Below, one piece after another: positions 30,190 to 43,222 of a stretch of 64,000 bases of DNA. A program made the position numbers and the translations under genes. Location of the stretch: NCBI RefSeq assembly GCF_009914755.1, contig NC_060938.1; one strand, 5' to 3'. Under the pieces are notes generated by a model. That model was not told the DNA's origin. It worked only from the letters and a program-made list of their open reading frames with translations, and did not search any database. The DNA comes from the human T2T-CHM13v2.0 reference genome, Homo sapiens. The first letter of the stretch is position 1; every line of letters starts with the position of its first letter.

Positions 30190-31515
30190 ATCCATTCTTT
30201 GAACAGACCCTCATAAGCTTCTGCTATGTTTTGGCCATTTGTCCTTCCAGGTGCAGGGGAAACAACCATGAATCTGTCACACAGCATCCCTGCTTTGGTA
30301 GAAAGAAACAAATGAGAGTCTATGAGGGTTGGGATGTATGCTATGAAGCAAACGGTGTGGTTCTTTGGGAAAGAATGCCTGGTGGGGGTACTATTTTAGA
30401 TTAATTAACCAGGAAAGATCATCTAAGGGGTAGTATTTAGACTGAGAAATGAAGGGAAGGAAAAATGACCTGGGAGGAAAGAACTCAGAGCTGAGAATCT
30501 ACACGTACAAGAAATGAGAGTTAAGAAAAAGGGGAGGGAAGGGAAGGGAAGGGAAAGGAAGGGAAGGGAAGGGAAGGGAAGGGAAGGAGGAAGGGAAGGG
30601 GAGGGAAGGAGGAAGGGAAGGAAAGGGAAGGGAAGGGAAAGGAAGGAGGAAGGGAAGGTGAGGGAAGGAGGAAGAAAAGGAAAGGGAAGGGAAGGGGAGG
30701 GAAGGAGGAAGGGAAGGAAAGGGAAGGGAAGGGAAAGGAAGGAGGAAGAGAAGGGGAGGGAAGGAGGAAGGAAAGGAAAGGGAAGGAGAAAGGGAAGGAA
30801 ATGGAAGGGAAGGGAAGGAAAGGGAAGGAAATGGAAGGGAAGGGAAGGGAAGGGAAGAAGGAAAGAGAAGGGAAGGGGAGGAATGAAGGAAAGAGAAGGG
30901 AAGGGATGAGGGAAAGAGAAGGGAAGGGAAGGAGGAAGTGAGGAAGGAAGGAAGGAAGGAAGGGAGGGAGGGAGGGAGGGAGGGAGGGAGGGACAGATCT
31001 TAGTGAGCCTGGAACCTGGTGGGCGAGAGGGAATACTGAGGTTACAGAGACCGGCGGAGGGCAGATTGCCTCATAAATCACCATACTTTAGTGTGTGAAT
31101 TTTAATCCTAGAAGCTTGGTGATTGCATGAACTGATTCACAATTTTTAAACATCATGCTGGCTGTTGTGTGCAGAAGTCATTAGGAGAGGGAGGGTGGAA
31201 GCAAAAAGGCCAGTCAGGAGATGATTAGGATACAAGTGAGAGCTGATTGGGGTGGCAGTGGAGATGGAGAGAGGCGAATTGATTCAATTCAGGAGATGTT
31301 TGAAATAAGGAGTTGGCAGGCATTGCTATGATATCTCAAGGTGGGGGAGAAATCTAGAATAAAGTCTCAGTTTTTAGGCTTGAGCAAGTAAGTGAATAAG
31401 GGTGTCATTTACTTTAATGAGGAAGTACTGGAGAGAGTATTTGAAGGGTAAATCTAGAGTTCTGTTTTAAGACAATTATTCCTGTAGAGATGGACTTAAA
31501 CATCCTAGTATAGAT
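30190..31515 (-). mobile_element. L2 LINE fragment, interrupted by a purine tract
   Basis: Typical antisense L2 motifs: gtatttagactgagaaatgaagg, catgctggctgttgtgtgcagaa, ggtggcagtggagatggagagag, gtttttaggcttgagcaa, agagttctgttttaagaca. Confidence 0.7.
30523..30993. repeat. Polypurine (GGGAA/GGAA/GGGA)n low-complexity tract
   Basis: About 470 bp that is almost purely A/G, ending in (GGAA)5 then (GGGA)8. Confidence 0.97.
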
Positions 31516-31543
31516 CGATAAGTCTGGAGCTAAGAAGTTTTGA

Positions 31544-31615
31544 GCTTTAGGGTTTCTCAATAAACTCTTATTTCTATATGTATGATGATAAGAGTTTATT
31601 GAGAAACCCTGAAGC
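31544..31615. repeat. Inverted repeat / hairpin with 28-bp arms and a 16-nt loop
   Basis: gctttagggtttctcaataaactcttat ... ataagagtttattgagaaaccctgaagc, 27/28 Watson-Crick pairs plus one G:T. Confidence 0.95.
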
Positions 31616-32879
31616 CAAGAGACTGAATAATAACTGATCACTTGTAGTAGATCTTGCAGAAGATAAAGATGGTGTGAATGGTTTATTGGGAACTTGGTCA
31701 GGATTGGATGTTTTCAGAAGAGGTCAGTCTATCTAACTTGGGGTATATACTTCAAGATAGATCCAGTGCTCAGATTTTCATGGTCAGAAATTTGGTATGT
31801 CTACATGTTGAGAACCAATTCCTTTTTCAAGGAAACATTCACACCAACTATGTTCCTGCAAACTGAAATATGAAACCACAATTCTAATTTATTAATTAGT
31901 ATATGCCAGTGATATGAACCAGATACTTTTTTAAGCAAAAGTAACCTGTTATTTTCACAGTAGGAAAATAAGAAGTGAGACTAAATTTTGCTCAGAACCC
32001 TTCTTAGGCTAATCCTTTAATACCCCTGTTCTGATGCCAATCCCATTCTAATTTGGCTTCAAGTATAGAATTTCCTACAGAGAAAAGAATGTCACTAATG
32101 CTAAAAGAATTAGCTAGAGGTAGTCTTCCTCTCTTCAGACATGGTTTACCAATAGCACCACAAATATTTTAGAGAAGACGTTCTTTCTTGAAGAACCTTT
32201 GATTGTGCTTGAATAAATGCTACTGATACTTGTCTCCGCAAATTATGTTATAAGGCTCCTTTTACTGACCAATCTCTTTTTTATGACTAAAATATTCTTT
32301 CTCTGAATATATTAATAATCTCACTAAGGTTTTTCTCAGGATTTTTAAGTGTATTTTCATATATCACAAAGTGTGTATTCATTGAATATCTGACCTCCCC
32401 TGTAGCAATGCTGTTTCTCTTTGGTGAGTTCCTTAGAGGAAATCTGTTGTTGCCCTATAAGATAATGATTCATTCAAGAAAGTTTTGGTAGTGCTTACTT
32501 GGCTGTATCTACTGAAATAATAACAAAGACTAAAATTATTTTCCACAACATTAATGAAAGAAAAATATAACATGTTCATGATAAATGTGAATTATCCATA
32601 TATTTAATTAACCATATTATTTTTCAACCCCAATGCCAGTGCAACACAATACTTTTATGGTAATTTATTTCTTCAATTTGAGAACTGAGGTGACATTATT
32701 TAAATGTTTATTTCTTCTAATCTGAGAACTCAGAAGAAATTCAAAGTAATTTTAATTTATCTAACAATTTACAGATTTGAAGTTCAAAGCAACACTGCTG
32801 TGTGTGGGATTTCCAGGTTTGTAAATATTAAGACAGGATTTAGAAATGTCTGTCTTCTAACACTCGATCTTTTAATAAT

Positions 32880-33060
32880 ACTGATATCCCAGATTCTCTG
32901 GGTCTTTTCTGTGAGCCAGGCACTTTGCTAGATGCTTTATAGAAAATATCTCATTTAATCCGCACTCAAATGTAACCCTTATATAGCAGAATAAACTGAA
33001 GGATGTAGAGAGAAATCCTTTACTGCCATTCTTAGAACTATAAGACGTGGCTCAGGCTTT
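32880..33060 (-). mobile_element. MIR fragment
   Basis: tgtgagccaggcactttgctagatgctttatagaaaatatctcatttaatcc...aaactgaagg. Confidence 0.6.
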
Positions 33061-34590
33061 GCACTAAGTGAGTGTGAGTTTAGAGTTCACAGACCTGAAG
33101 CCGTGGCAATTGATGATGGATATCCCAGTGCTCCAAATGTTCTTCATTTTAATGGCACCTCTGAAATGTGAAAATTCACCAAGGTTTTTTTTTTTTTTTA
33201 ACTCATTGAGCCATTGCTCATTTCCATTTGTTACTCTCACATTATCTATATTATCATGTGAGTGGATAGTGTTACAATTCTTAATAAGATGACTTACAGT
33301 CATTTTACTTACAGTCAATTTTACATATAAAGTACTACACAATCTGTCCTGGAGTCATTATAAGGTTTGCATAATATTACACTGCATATACAGTATCCAC
33401 AGTGTGCTGAACAACCCAGAAGGCATTCATTTTGATTTTTGTTTGTTTATTTTTAATTTGTTCAATATCTTTATTTTGGACTCAATCTTTGGCCACAGAC
33501 GTGTTCCAGTTGAACATTATTCCTCACGCACTCAGACCTTCTGTTTCCTTTCTTCCAATTTCTCCCCACAGTTTTTTAGTCCACTTAGCCTCTTTATTCC
33601 TCATGCCCAGAAGGCCAACCCACTGTGTCTAACATCTCTCATGTGCGATTCAACATGATTCGTATTTCACATATTGTCAAGTTTGGAGGGGCAGGGATGA
33701 TAGGAATTCTAAGAGTGAAATATGTAAAAGAAGGGAAGAAGCCTCTGAGAATGGTCTCAGCTTTGGTTGGGCCAGCTAAGAATGATGATAAAAATCAGTC
33801 ACTGCAAAGACTAAGCTCCACTTAGTATATATCATGCATTGTATTATGCTAAAAGGGTCTTACATGGAATCATAGAAGTTCCCTTCCTATTCTAGTCCTT
33901 GCCATGCAGCCTTTTACTGTAGCCTCTAGGAGAGGGTAGAGTGGAGAAAAATATGTCTTAGCACACAAGCACCGAGAGTAAAGTTTACAACCTGAAATAC
34001 ATGCTCTTCAGATATCCTGTTCAGATGCTAAAGGCATGATAAGCTGATGAAGCCAGAAAAATGAGCTCTAGAATTTATTTATTATTTTTGTTTGGATCCA
34101 GGAGGCCTTCAGCCTCCTTCATTTTTTGATTTCTTTATAAAAACAACACCAGGCAGACATATATCTTACAATGAGCTCATAGCATTATCTTCTTGTGTAA
34201 AAAACAGCATGCTCATGTTGCTTGTTTTTCTCAATCATTGTCACAATAAGTGGCATCTACTTTTCTGTTATATCACATATAGTCATCAGTATTTCATTTA
34301 CAAAGGAAAATACTTCATTAATTCTTATGTTACCATTGTTCAACCAGGATATGCCCTCAGTATGATGCATAGATGGTTTCAGAAGTCTGGATAATAAATT
34401 ATCTCAGGTATTTTCTCTGAGAACTGTAGCAATGCTGGAGTCCCTAGCCATAAGGGTTTATTGCTGTTGCTGTTTCTGATTACCTTGTTTTTTGATTCTG
34501 ATAAGCTGCATGCAGCTTTCACTTGCTTTCCCCATCACATCTCATTCAGTACCCTATTGTATTAGACCCTTATAATCCCATTCTGGCCTG

Positions 34591-34899
34591 CCTCTCTTTC
34601 TTTTCTTTCTTCCTTCCTTTTCTTCCTTTCTCCCTCCCTCCCTCCCTCCCCCCCTTCCTTCTTCCTTCCTTCTCTCTTTTATCTTTCTCTCTCCTTCTTA
34701 TCTTTCTCTCCATCTTTCTTCTCTTTCTCTTTGGTTCTCTCTTTCTTCTTTTCTTTTTCTCTCTTTCTCTCTTCCTTCCTTATCTCCCTCTTTCTTCTCT
34801 CTTTCTCCTTCCTTCCCTCTTTCCCTCCCTCTCTTTCTTTCTTCTCATTCTCTCTCTGTTCTCTCTCTCTCCCCCTCCCTCTCTCTCTCTCTCTCCTCT
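34591..34899. repeat. Polypyrimidine (CT/CTTT/CCTT)n low-complexity tract
   Basis: About 310 bp of nearly pure C/T. Confidence 0.95.
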
Positions 34900-37800
34900 G
34901 TTCAATCATTCCCCTCTGCCAAGCAACTGTAAGCAAACTTCCTAAAAACTAGAATTTTCCTCTGAGATATCAATTTGTCCTTTGCAAAAACTTTCTTCTC
35001 TGCCACACACAGAGTGATTTCTTGCAATGGATACAGTCCTCTGCAGCTTGACAAGGTCTTTCCTCAGGAGACTTCACTTTCATGAAGTTCTTCCATTCTG
35101 TTTGAAAATCTTCTTGACTTTTGCCTTCTTGATATATAGAAGACAAATTTCTGACTTGGTAATCAAAAGTTTTTAAGGCAAATATGGTGGTAAAATTCTT
35201 TCTGTGGTAGACAATTCTATGTATTCATCTAATCCTCTGAGTACCACCTACCAACAATAGGGTAGGATTCAGCTATTTTTGTATGACGTGATCCCACCCT
35301 TAGTTGACCACTGATGATTGGACCAGGCACCAAAACAGGATGGAGTAATCTGTTTAGAAGTTAGGCCTGGGCAGTGCGACTCAAGAAACTGATCATTAAG
35401 TACAGAGAGATTCAAGAGAACTAAATTAATAGTATATTTCTGAGTTCCAGCATCAATTTCTATGTTAAGTAACACAGTGTTTTATCTTTCCTAAACATCA
35501 ATGTTCTTGTCTATAAAATGAGGCTGAACTAGATGTTGCCAAAGGTCTCTTGCTTGAGTTTATATGAATCCATTTTTTGTTGTGTTTTTTTTGTTTTGTT
35601 TTAGGTTATCTTTTCCAGAAATTATTTATTGAGCCTTCATAACCAGTCTAGGCACTCCTCTCTGCTGCCACGGTACCTTGTACAAAGCTCTAGTATTGTA
35701 ATTTTCTGTTTAAGGTGGAATGCCACCATTAACCTATGAGTTTACTGAGACTGAGGACTTTGGAGGTAGCACACAGAGGAATAGTATTTTTAAGTAAACA
35801 ATTAATCTCTTAATGATTACATACGCAGAAATATTGGGCTCTTAAACATAATTTATATTAAAATTACAGATAATTCTGCTTTGACCAGAGTTCTCTCTCT
35901 TCTCTGAAATATCTGCAATGTACTACAAGACTACAAGAACTTTACCAAAAGCAGATGTTGTAAAGTAAGATGAAGCCATCATTTGGACATGTGGAATGTC
36001 CAAAATTCTCTGTCACTTTTTGGCAGCTGGGACCATATATCTGCTTTGAGGTCTCGATTCAGAGACATGGACTCTTGTCAGCAGGAATATATTATAAATA
36101 GTTTATTTAAATCTCAAGATCACAGAGAATATTCAAACTTGTATTTAGAGTTTAATATGGATAACTACCAGTTCTGTTATTCTATTTTTAACTCTGATAA
36201 GATTGGCAAATAGTGTGTATTAGATCATATTAAGCTGTATTTAATGTTATGAAAACTGTTTTATATGTTTCATGTGGATAGCATATATTTTTGGATGGTA
36301 AAGTATGTTAAATTTTGGTACATTATTATTAGTGTTTTCAAGTCATATTTGAAGCCATACTTTCAAATTCTAGCTGTGGCCAAAATAAACTAATAAAAAG
36401 CACAATATGATTTTACTAATTAAAAAATTTTTGCTTAAGTAGTTAAAACCATGACTAAATGGTAGCCATGAATATAACCGTTTAAGCAAGATACTGTCAA
36501 TTAATACTTTACAATTACACTTGAAAAAATACCAGAATTCTGTAGAATATTTCCAGTTTTGCCTAGATACACACCAAAATTAATTTTTCATCATATAAAT
36601 ATTCTATTACAACCACTTCTATAAAGCAAATAGAGTAATACTTCTAAGGATGCAGAAAATCCTGAAAATTACCATTAAATTCCTGTTTAAGTGATAAGTG
36701 GCAAATCCACCCAGTTAGATGAAGTTTCATCCCTCCTGGAGATATCCTATAATTGAACAATAGAGATCTGGATGTTGAGAGGTTTGACAAATGATAAAAC
36801 CTGGGAACAGACCCACGGACACACCTCAGTGGAAAAAAAAAATTATCAAGACATTTTATGAGCTATGGGAAGACTTGAAGACATTTCAAAGTATTAGAGA
36901 GAGACAAGTTATTGAGAAAATAATCATTAATTTTCCCCCTTTTTACCTTTTCTGTGTAACCCTGTTTTCTTCTACCTCCCTGTCTTTCTTTTTTCCCTGT
37001 TCTCTCTTTCTACTTCTTAAAACATGCCCATTTTCATCACAGGAATGCTTGAGTTTAGAGGACTAAGGTGATCTTCTAAGCTCTGGGATTCCAAATTCCT
37101 CAAAATTGAAGTCCTTTTTTATAAGACAATAAGTGGTGTCTATGCTGAACATTTGAAACAACTATCACATATGATTCATTTGTCCTTCAGCTAAAATTCA
37201 TCTTATATGTGTCTAAAACAACGTATCCTAAAATGGAATGTTGCAAAGAAGACAATCCGTTTCCTGAATTATTTCAGTCTTCAAATGTCTAATTCAACTA
37301 AAGATGTTCAATGACATTGATTAGAAACATACGGAAGACTTTAGATAACATTATAAATCTAGATAAATATAAATAAATGGCACAAAATACTTTTGATTTC
37401 TAACATAGATGTTTTGATTTATTGCATTTCATCATAGAATTTTGACTTAAACCTTAGAATCTGTGGGATCTTTGCAAAAGTACTTCATTTCTGAGCTACA
37501 CACTTGAAATCTAATGTTCCTTACTACCAAAAGAATCAATGTAGATGGGCTTCTCCAAATATATCTCTCTTGTCATTTCTATTCTACATTAATACTCTTC
37601 ATTGGGCTTCACCATTATGAAGATAAATTTTGAACTTTTTGTGTGACCTACCATGCCTTCTCTATTGTAGGACCTGGGAGCTTTTCTAACAATGTCTCAT
37701 TTTGCTGCCTTCTTCAACTAGATCCTCCTTGGTAAAGAGAGGTGTACCTAGTGTGCATTTTGACCAAATATGAAAATTTGGGTATTGACATCGATATGCA

Positions 37801-38467
37801 GGCAAAACCAAGGGGAAAGTCAAATATCATCATCATGGATAGAATTAAATGCTGTACTACCAAAATAATCTTAAATTGTCACAATTAATTATAGCAGTTT
37901 TATCAAAATGTTAACAGACACATTTTTAAAATTCCACATTGTTATTCAAAAACAATAATTTATTAGCATGATCAGGTACTGAATTATTTCTGTGGTTATT
38001 ATACTACGCACTTCCAATATTAACTAGACATTCATTTTCCTTTGAGGCTGGAGCAAAAATAAACTTTTTGTTCTGGCTCCCCACCATAGGATACTAGATT
38101 GTTGTGAAGAAGGCATTATGCCATTTTTTTCTCTCTGAGATGACTGAGGTATAATCTTGTCACCCTTTTAATTTCTGGACTGGAAAATGGGATTGATGAT
38201 GGGACCTTTCACTGATGTGATCTCAAAAGTGAGGCTTAATATATCAGGTGACAAAATAATTTTCAGGAATTTTCAGGAGCATGCCTATTATATCATCTTC
38301 ATTCAACATTTCATTTTGCTTTGTTTTAATTTCTAATACTTTTTTCATGAATTCAAATAATTCTACACAAGCCTATGGGGAAATGTCCTGATACAAGAGG
38401 CAAGAAGTATGGTCTTGGAGCAGTGATTGGTTTCAAGATAACAAAACAATATGCTAACCTCCACTTG

Positions 38468-39050
38468 TGAAACTGTTCCTATAAACTATAAAATTAATGA
38501 AGGAAGAAGGGAGGGAAAAAAATAAAAATAAAGTAAGCTTGCAGCATATTCGGCATTAATCATGGGTCAGCTTACTCTTTGCCTCATAGTCGTTTGCTGC
38601 CTATTGCTGCAGAATCAGGTAAACCCTGTCACAAATTATAGTTTCTCTTAACTATTAAATAGGTGCCATTTTAAGCATCAGGAAACATTAAGTTTCCCAT
38701 TTGAGATATTCTTTCAGGTCTCACCTATAGGCGAAACTACTGATACAAGCTGGTCTGAAGGACCCCAGGAGGAGCTGATTCACCAAAGAATGCAGTTTGC
38801 ACATCCTAATGATTTCATCCCGTTTACGCTCAAAAATCAATGACTCCAATTTTCCAGCCCCTCACTTTCAATGATGCTCTTAAAATCCCCAGCCCAGAAC
38901 TCCTCAGATAGATGGATTTGAGGGCTCCTCCTGTCTTCTTGCTCAGCTTTCCTGCAATCATTAAAGTCTTTCTCTGCTGCAAACCCTACTGTCTCAATGT
39001 ATTTGTTTATTACTGTGTAGTGGGCATAGGAAGGTGGTGGTCCTAAAACA
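38468..39050 (+). mobile_element. ERV1 solo LTR (LTR26 family)
   Basis: tgaaactgttcctataaactataaaattaatgaaggaagaagggaggg...cctaaaaca. Perfect 4-bp TSD cttg at 38464-38467 and 39051-39054. ATTAAA poly(A) signal near 38960. Confidence 0.85.
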
Positions 39051-39679
39051 CTTGCATCTCAGCACCATATCATGTACACTTACCTGTGCCTTTGTATAGA
39101 CTGATAGCAACAGTTTTAGAGTACAAATAAAAAAATACATACTGTAGAGTCATATTAGTTCTGGATACTTAGAAAGTAGTACTTTATCTTCAATTAACTA
39201 TTAGTAGTAAACAATATTGAGAACATTAGAATAGAATATACACGCTTCTATCTCTTTTGAATGTCATGTAGTTCTTTGGCTATAGAAAAAATATGTAGAA
39301 AGTAGTTGCTTCTCTTTCTACTCATAATCATTAATTCAGTTTTATATAAGCTGTTCTATAATTATTTTCTGAGCATTCAACTCAAGAATATGCATACAAC
39401 TTTGTAAGCTACTGATCACTAAATTATTCATAGCCAATAACAACATGAGACTTTTGTATTGATTTTTTGTTGCATTCATGCCCTTGAATCGGATTCATTC
39501 ATTCTCTCATTAGCTCTGGGAAATTCAGTAGTCATCTGTCTCTCAGTAAGTAAGTAAAGCAGAAAGAATGTTGGATTTATCATTAGACCACCAAGTTCTC
39601 AAGATAAAATAAAATATAATCTGTTTTCCTACACAAGTACAAATATTTGATGTGTGATGTAAAGAAGTATTACTTTATA

Positions 39680-39988
39680 CACAAAAGGAAAATGTGTCAG
39701 GAAGGAAGTATGTGATTTCCAAGTTAAGGCTTTAAGAGGTATGTCTCTCTCAACCCCCATCATTCTGTCTCTCTCCTTTCCCTGGCTGGAGGCAAATAAT
39801 GACATATCTCTAGGGAAATGGGGAAGCCAAGCTATGGAAAGTCTGGGCAGCTGAACCACCATCTGGAGGAAAGCCATCTGCTGCCATAGAACACCCTCTG
39901 TGAATCAGCACATGAGCAAAAACAAACTGTAATTGCAATTCTATTGTCACCACCCATTTGAGGTTATTTGGTTACACAGTCCAGTGCT
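39680..39988 (+). mobile_element. Old MLT1 (MLT1I/J-like) LTR fragment
   Basis: ggaagtatgtgatttccaagttaaggctttaagagg...tgaaccaccatctggaggaaagcc...catgagcaaaaacaaact...ttggttacacag. Confidence 0.6.
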
Positions 39989-40123
39989 CTCTCCCTCTCT
40001 GCACCCCCCACCACACACAGAGACACGCACACACACACACAAACACATAGTGATCCATCTTCTGTAACAGTGTTTTAATATTTTTATATTCTTTGTGTTT
40101 AAGGCTGAATTAAATATACTTAT

Positions 40124-40455
<332 letters not shown>

Positions 40456-40682
40456 ATATGCTTATTTTGATATTGTATATGAACTTAGAGTTTTTCTTTT
40501 CATGACATTTTTAGGTGACAATGTTGAAATAGTGTTAAATCGTCCTCTCAAGAGGAAAAGAACTCTCAATTCTCAAATAGAATTTTTTTCTTAAAAGTGT
40601 TTTGACTCAGTAAAATTAAATGACAAAACACTTAAAAGTTATATTTAATGTTGTAAATGCTAGAACAATAAACACTTTTGTT

Positions 40683-41076
40683 TGTTACTGGAAAAGTGTC
40701 CCGATCCAGACCCCGAGAGAGTTCTAGAGCAGATAGGGTAACTCCCTGATGTTGCCATTGCATTTGTAGACTGTCACATTGCTGGTGAGAATGTATTTTA
40801 GCATGCTAATGCATTATGATTAGTGTATAATGAGCAGTGAGGACGAACAGAGGTCACCTTCGTCACCACCTTGGTTTTGGCGGGTTTTGGCTGGCCTCTT
40901 TACCACAACCTGTTTTATCAGCAAGGTCTTTGTGACCTGCATCTTGTGCCGACATTCTATCTCACCCTGTGACCTAGAAGGCCTAACCTTCTGGGAATGT
41001 AATCCAGTAGGTCTCAGCCTCATTTTACCTAGCCTCTATTCAAAATGGAGTTGCTGTGATTCAGACACCTCTGACA
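40683..41076 (-). mobile_element. MER41B solo LTR with an internal deletion (394 bp)
   Basis: The minus strand reads tgtcagaggtgtctgaatcacagcaactccattttgaatag...ctgctcattatacactaatcataatgcattagcatgctaaaa...ccagtaaca. Perfect 4-bp TSD tgtt. Confidence 0.88.
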
Positions 41077-41664
41077 TGTTGATGCTAGAACTTTGATGCA
41101 CTCTGATCTCCATCAATCATTATAACTTAAAATTATTTAAACATAGTTAACTCCACGAGGATATATTGATCTTCCAAAAATTATTCTGCTGGGATAAATT
41201 CTCGGAAGTTATACTATTCTTTAAAGTATATAGTTGTATAGTTAATCAACAATCTTAATCACTGGAGCATTTAACTTTTGCAATAATAGACAGATGTTTA
41301 TATTTTACCTCCTATTATTTTTGAAGAAAATGTAGTTAAACAGATTTTTTTCCTAAATATATCCAGAATGTTAATATATATTAGAAACATTGGGGTATTA
41401 ACTCTAAACCCAAGTGAGGTGCTTTGATTGTATTACTCGAGGTTATTGAACTGATTGATAAGAATTAGAAATGCAATCACAGCGTTATTGCTCACACATG
41501 AGTTTAGGCATGCAGGAAATGACATTGGTGTGGGTCTCTGACAGATTTTCCGTACAAAGTCTGAAGTCAACACTGAGTGGCAGGTTTTTGCCAAATGCTA
41601 AAAATGAAGCTTAACACTTTGATAAATTATTACTCCTTCCATTATGTTGTATAACACCTTAAAT

Positions 41665-41892
41665 CTCACCGACTTTGCACACATTGTTCCTTCTCCCTTC
41701 ATTCACATCGTGTGTCTGATAAACCTGTCTTTTTAAATGCAGTTGAACCATCTTCTCTTTTCAAGAAATTTACTTTGAATGGCACTTCTCAATCTCTCAA
41801 TCTATAATACTATGTAGCACACTTAATTTAATTATTTGGGGTGTAGGTGTGTGTGTATACTACAGTAGGTCAGTAAATATTTGTTGAATAAT
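41665..41892 (+). mobile_element. L2 3' fragment
   Basis: gactttgcacacattgttccttct...acagtaggtcagtaaatatttgttgaata. Confidence 0.6.
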
Positions 41893-43222
41893 AGTGGAAT
41901 AGTTTCTGTTTATTAGGCTTGAATACAACGACCATCAGGAAAAAAAAATTGCAGGCTTCTGGTTAGAGAGAAGAAAATGAGCCCATTTGTTGTCTTAGCT
42001 CAATCACTACTTTGTACTGAAATGCACATGTATATGCCTCAACAAGTGCTAATTTACAATATCAAGGAGAACTGAGCATTTTGTAGAAATGATAGGCTCA
42101 TTGGTAGGTCTGAGGCATTTACTTGGCTTCTGGAAAGCAGGAAGCATGAGGGCAAATATTTACACATAAAAGAACAGAGGAAGCCTTGTAGCTTTGGGAA
42201 GAGCACAGTAACGGAGTTGGGGGAGTATTATACAAGCATTGCCTTACAGAGTCCCCAGCAGTAGAGCTCGCTGCTGTGAGTAGGAGTGGAAATTTGGATA
42301 TGCAGCAAAAAAATTTCCTGAAGAGCTAAGTGTGGTTCAGTTCTGGCACCAGTTCTCTGCACTGTTTATCTCTTTATCCCCTCCTGAGAGTGCTGATCAC
42401 CGGGCATTTAACCCCTGGGTCCTGAGATTTAATAAGATAGATAAAAGCAACAAAATGTTTGATGTCTCTAGAGTTAGCTGGGACTGTTTCAGTTTCTGTG
42501 CCTCATTCTGGCATTTGGAAGAGGCCCTGGATGGTTTTGGCCTTCATCATCTAAAGTAATACTTAATGATCACCACTTTCTGTCTAGAAATAGTTATTTC
42601 TGCTCGTAGCAAACCCACCCAGTTAAGAGGCCAGCTCGGGAAATGGCTTTGCCTATTTCATAGCAGATGCTACTCAAGAGTAACTTAACCAACCAGGGCT
42701 GTCACAGTAAAATACAAAAGGACATCCCAGAAGCCAAGCCTATTTGAAGAAAATCCAGGGCATGCAAGAAAAAAAATCCAAGATGAGCAAACAAACAAAC
42801 AAAAATAGAGCAAAAATGCTAGAATGTTTAAATATCTCTAGAAAAATGGAGTAAATCTACAAGACAAGAATAGACAAATAGAAGAGAAACAATAAAGTAT
42901 TTTGACTGGCAAAATTACAGGGAAAAATTGATATGCCAAAGAATACAATTGAACTATTACAGACAGGTAAAAGATGTATAAGAAAAACAACACAGTAGCT
43001 AACATCTTAGTTACAGCATTTAAAAAAGGAAGGAAGAAAAGAAGGGAAGAAAATAAGGCAATAATAAAAGAAAATGCAACAGAACTAAAGTAAGGTAAAA
43101 AGTCTTCAGATCCAAAGGACCCATTTAAGAGCAAACATTCTGAATGCAGACAGACATGCATGTGGAGTTTCATAAACTGAGGTTAAATACAGTAAAATTC
43201 TGAAAAAAAGATTAAGACAATA

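Noticed and set aside
30514-31084. 131-aa Gly/Arg/Lys/Glu-rich ORF and 187-aa Pro/Phe/Ser-rich antisense ORF
   Set aside because: These are translations of the polypurine tract, which lacks stop codons by composition.
32664-32733. Imperfect direct repeat tttatttcttc...tgagaact
   Set aside because: It has two short, diverged AT-rich copies and nothing suggests function.
32770-32822. Possible small exon (ttacag|...ccag|gtttgt)
   Set aside because: The splice signals are weak, no partner exons or protein similarity are evident, and such patterns are expected by chance.
33430-33660. Possible minus-strand retrocopy 3' end (AATAAA then a degenerate A-rich tail)
   Set aside because: I found no TSD, ORF or recognisable parent gene. 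A BLAST search would be needed.
34523-34952. Hydrophobic, membrane-protein-like ORFs
   Set aside because: These are translations of the CT-rich low-complexity tract.
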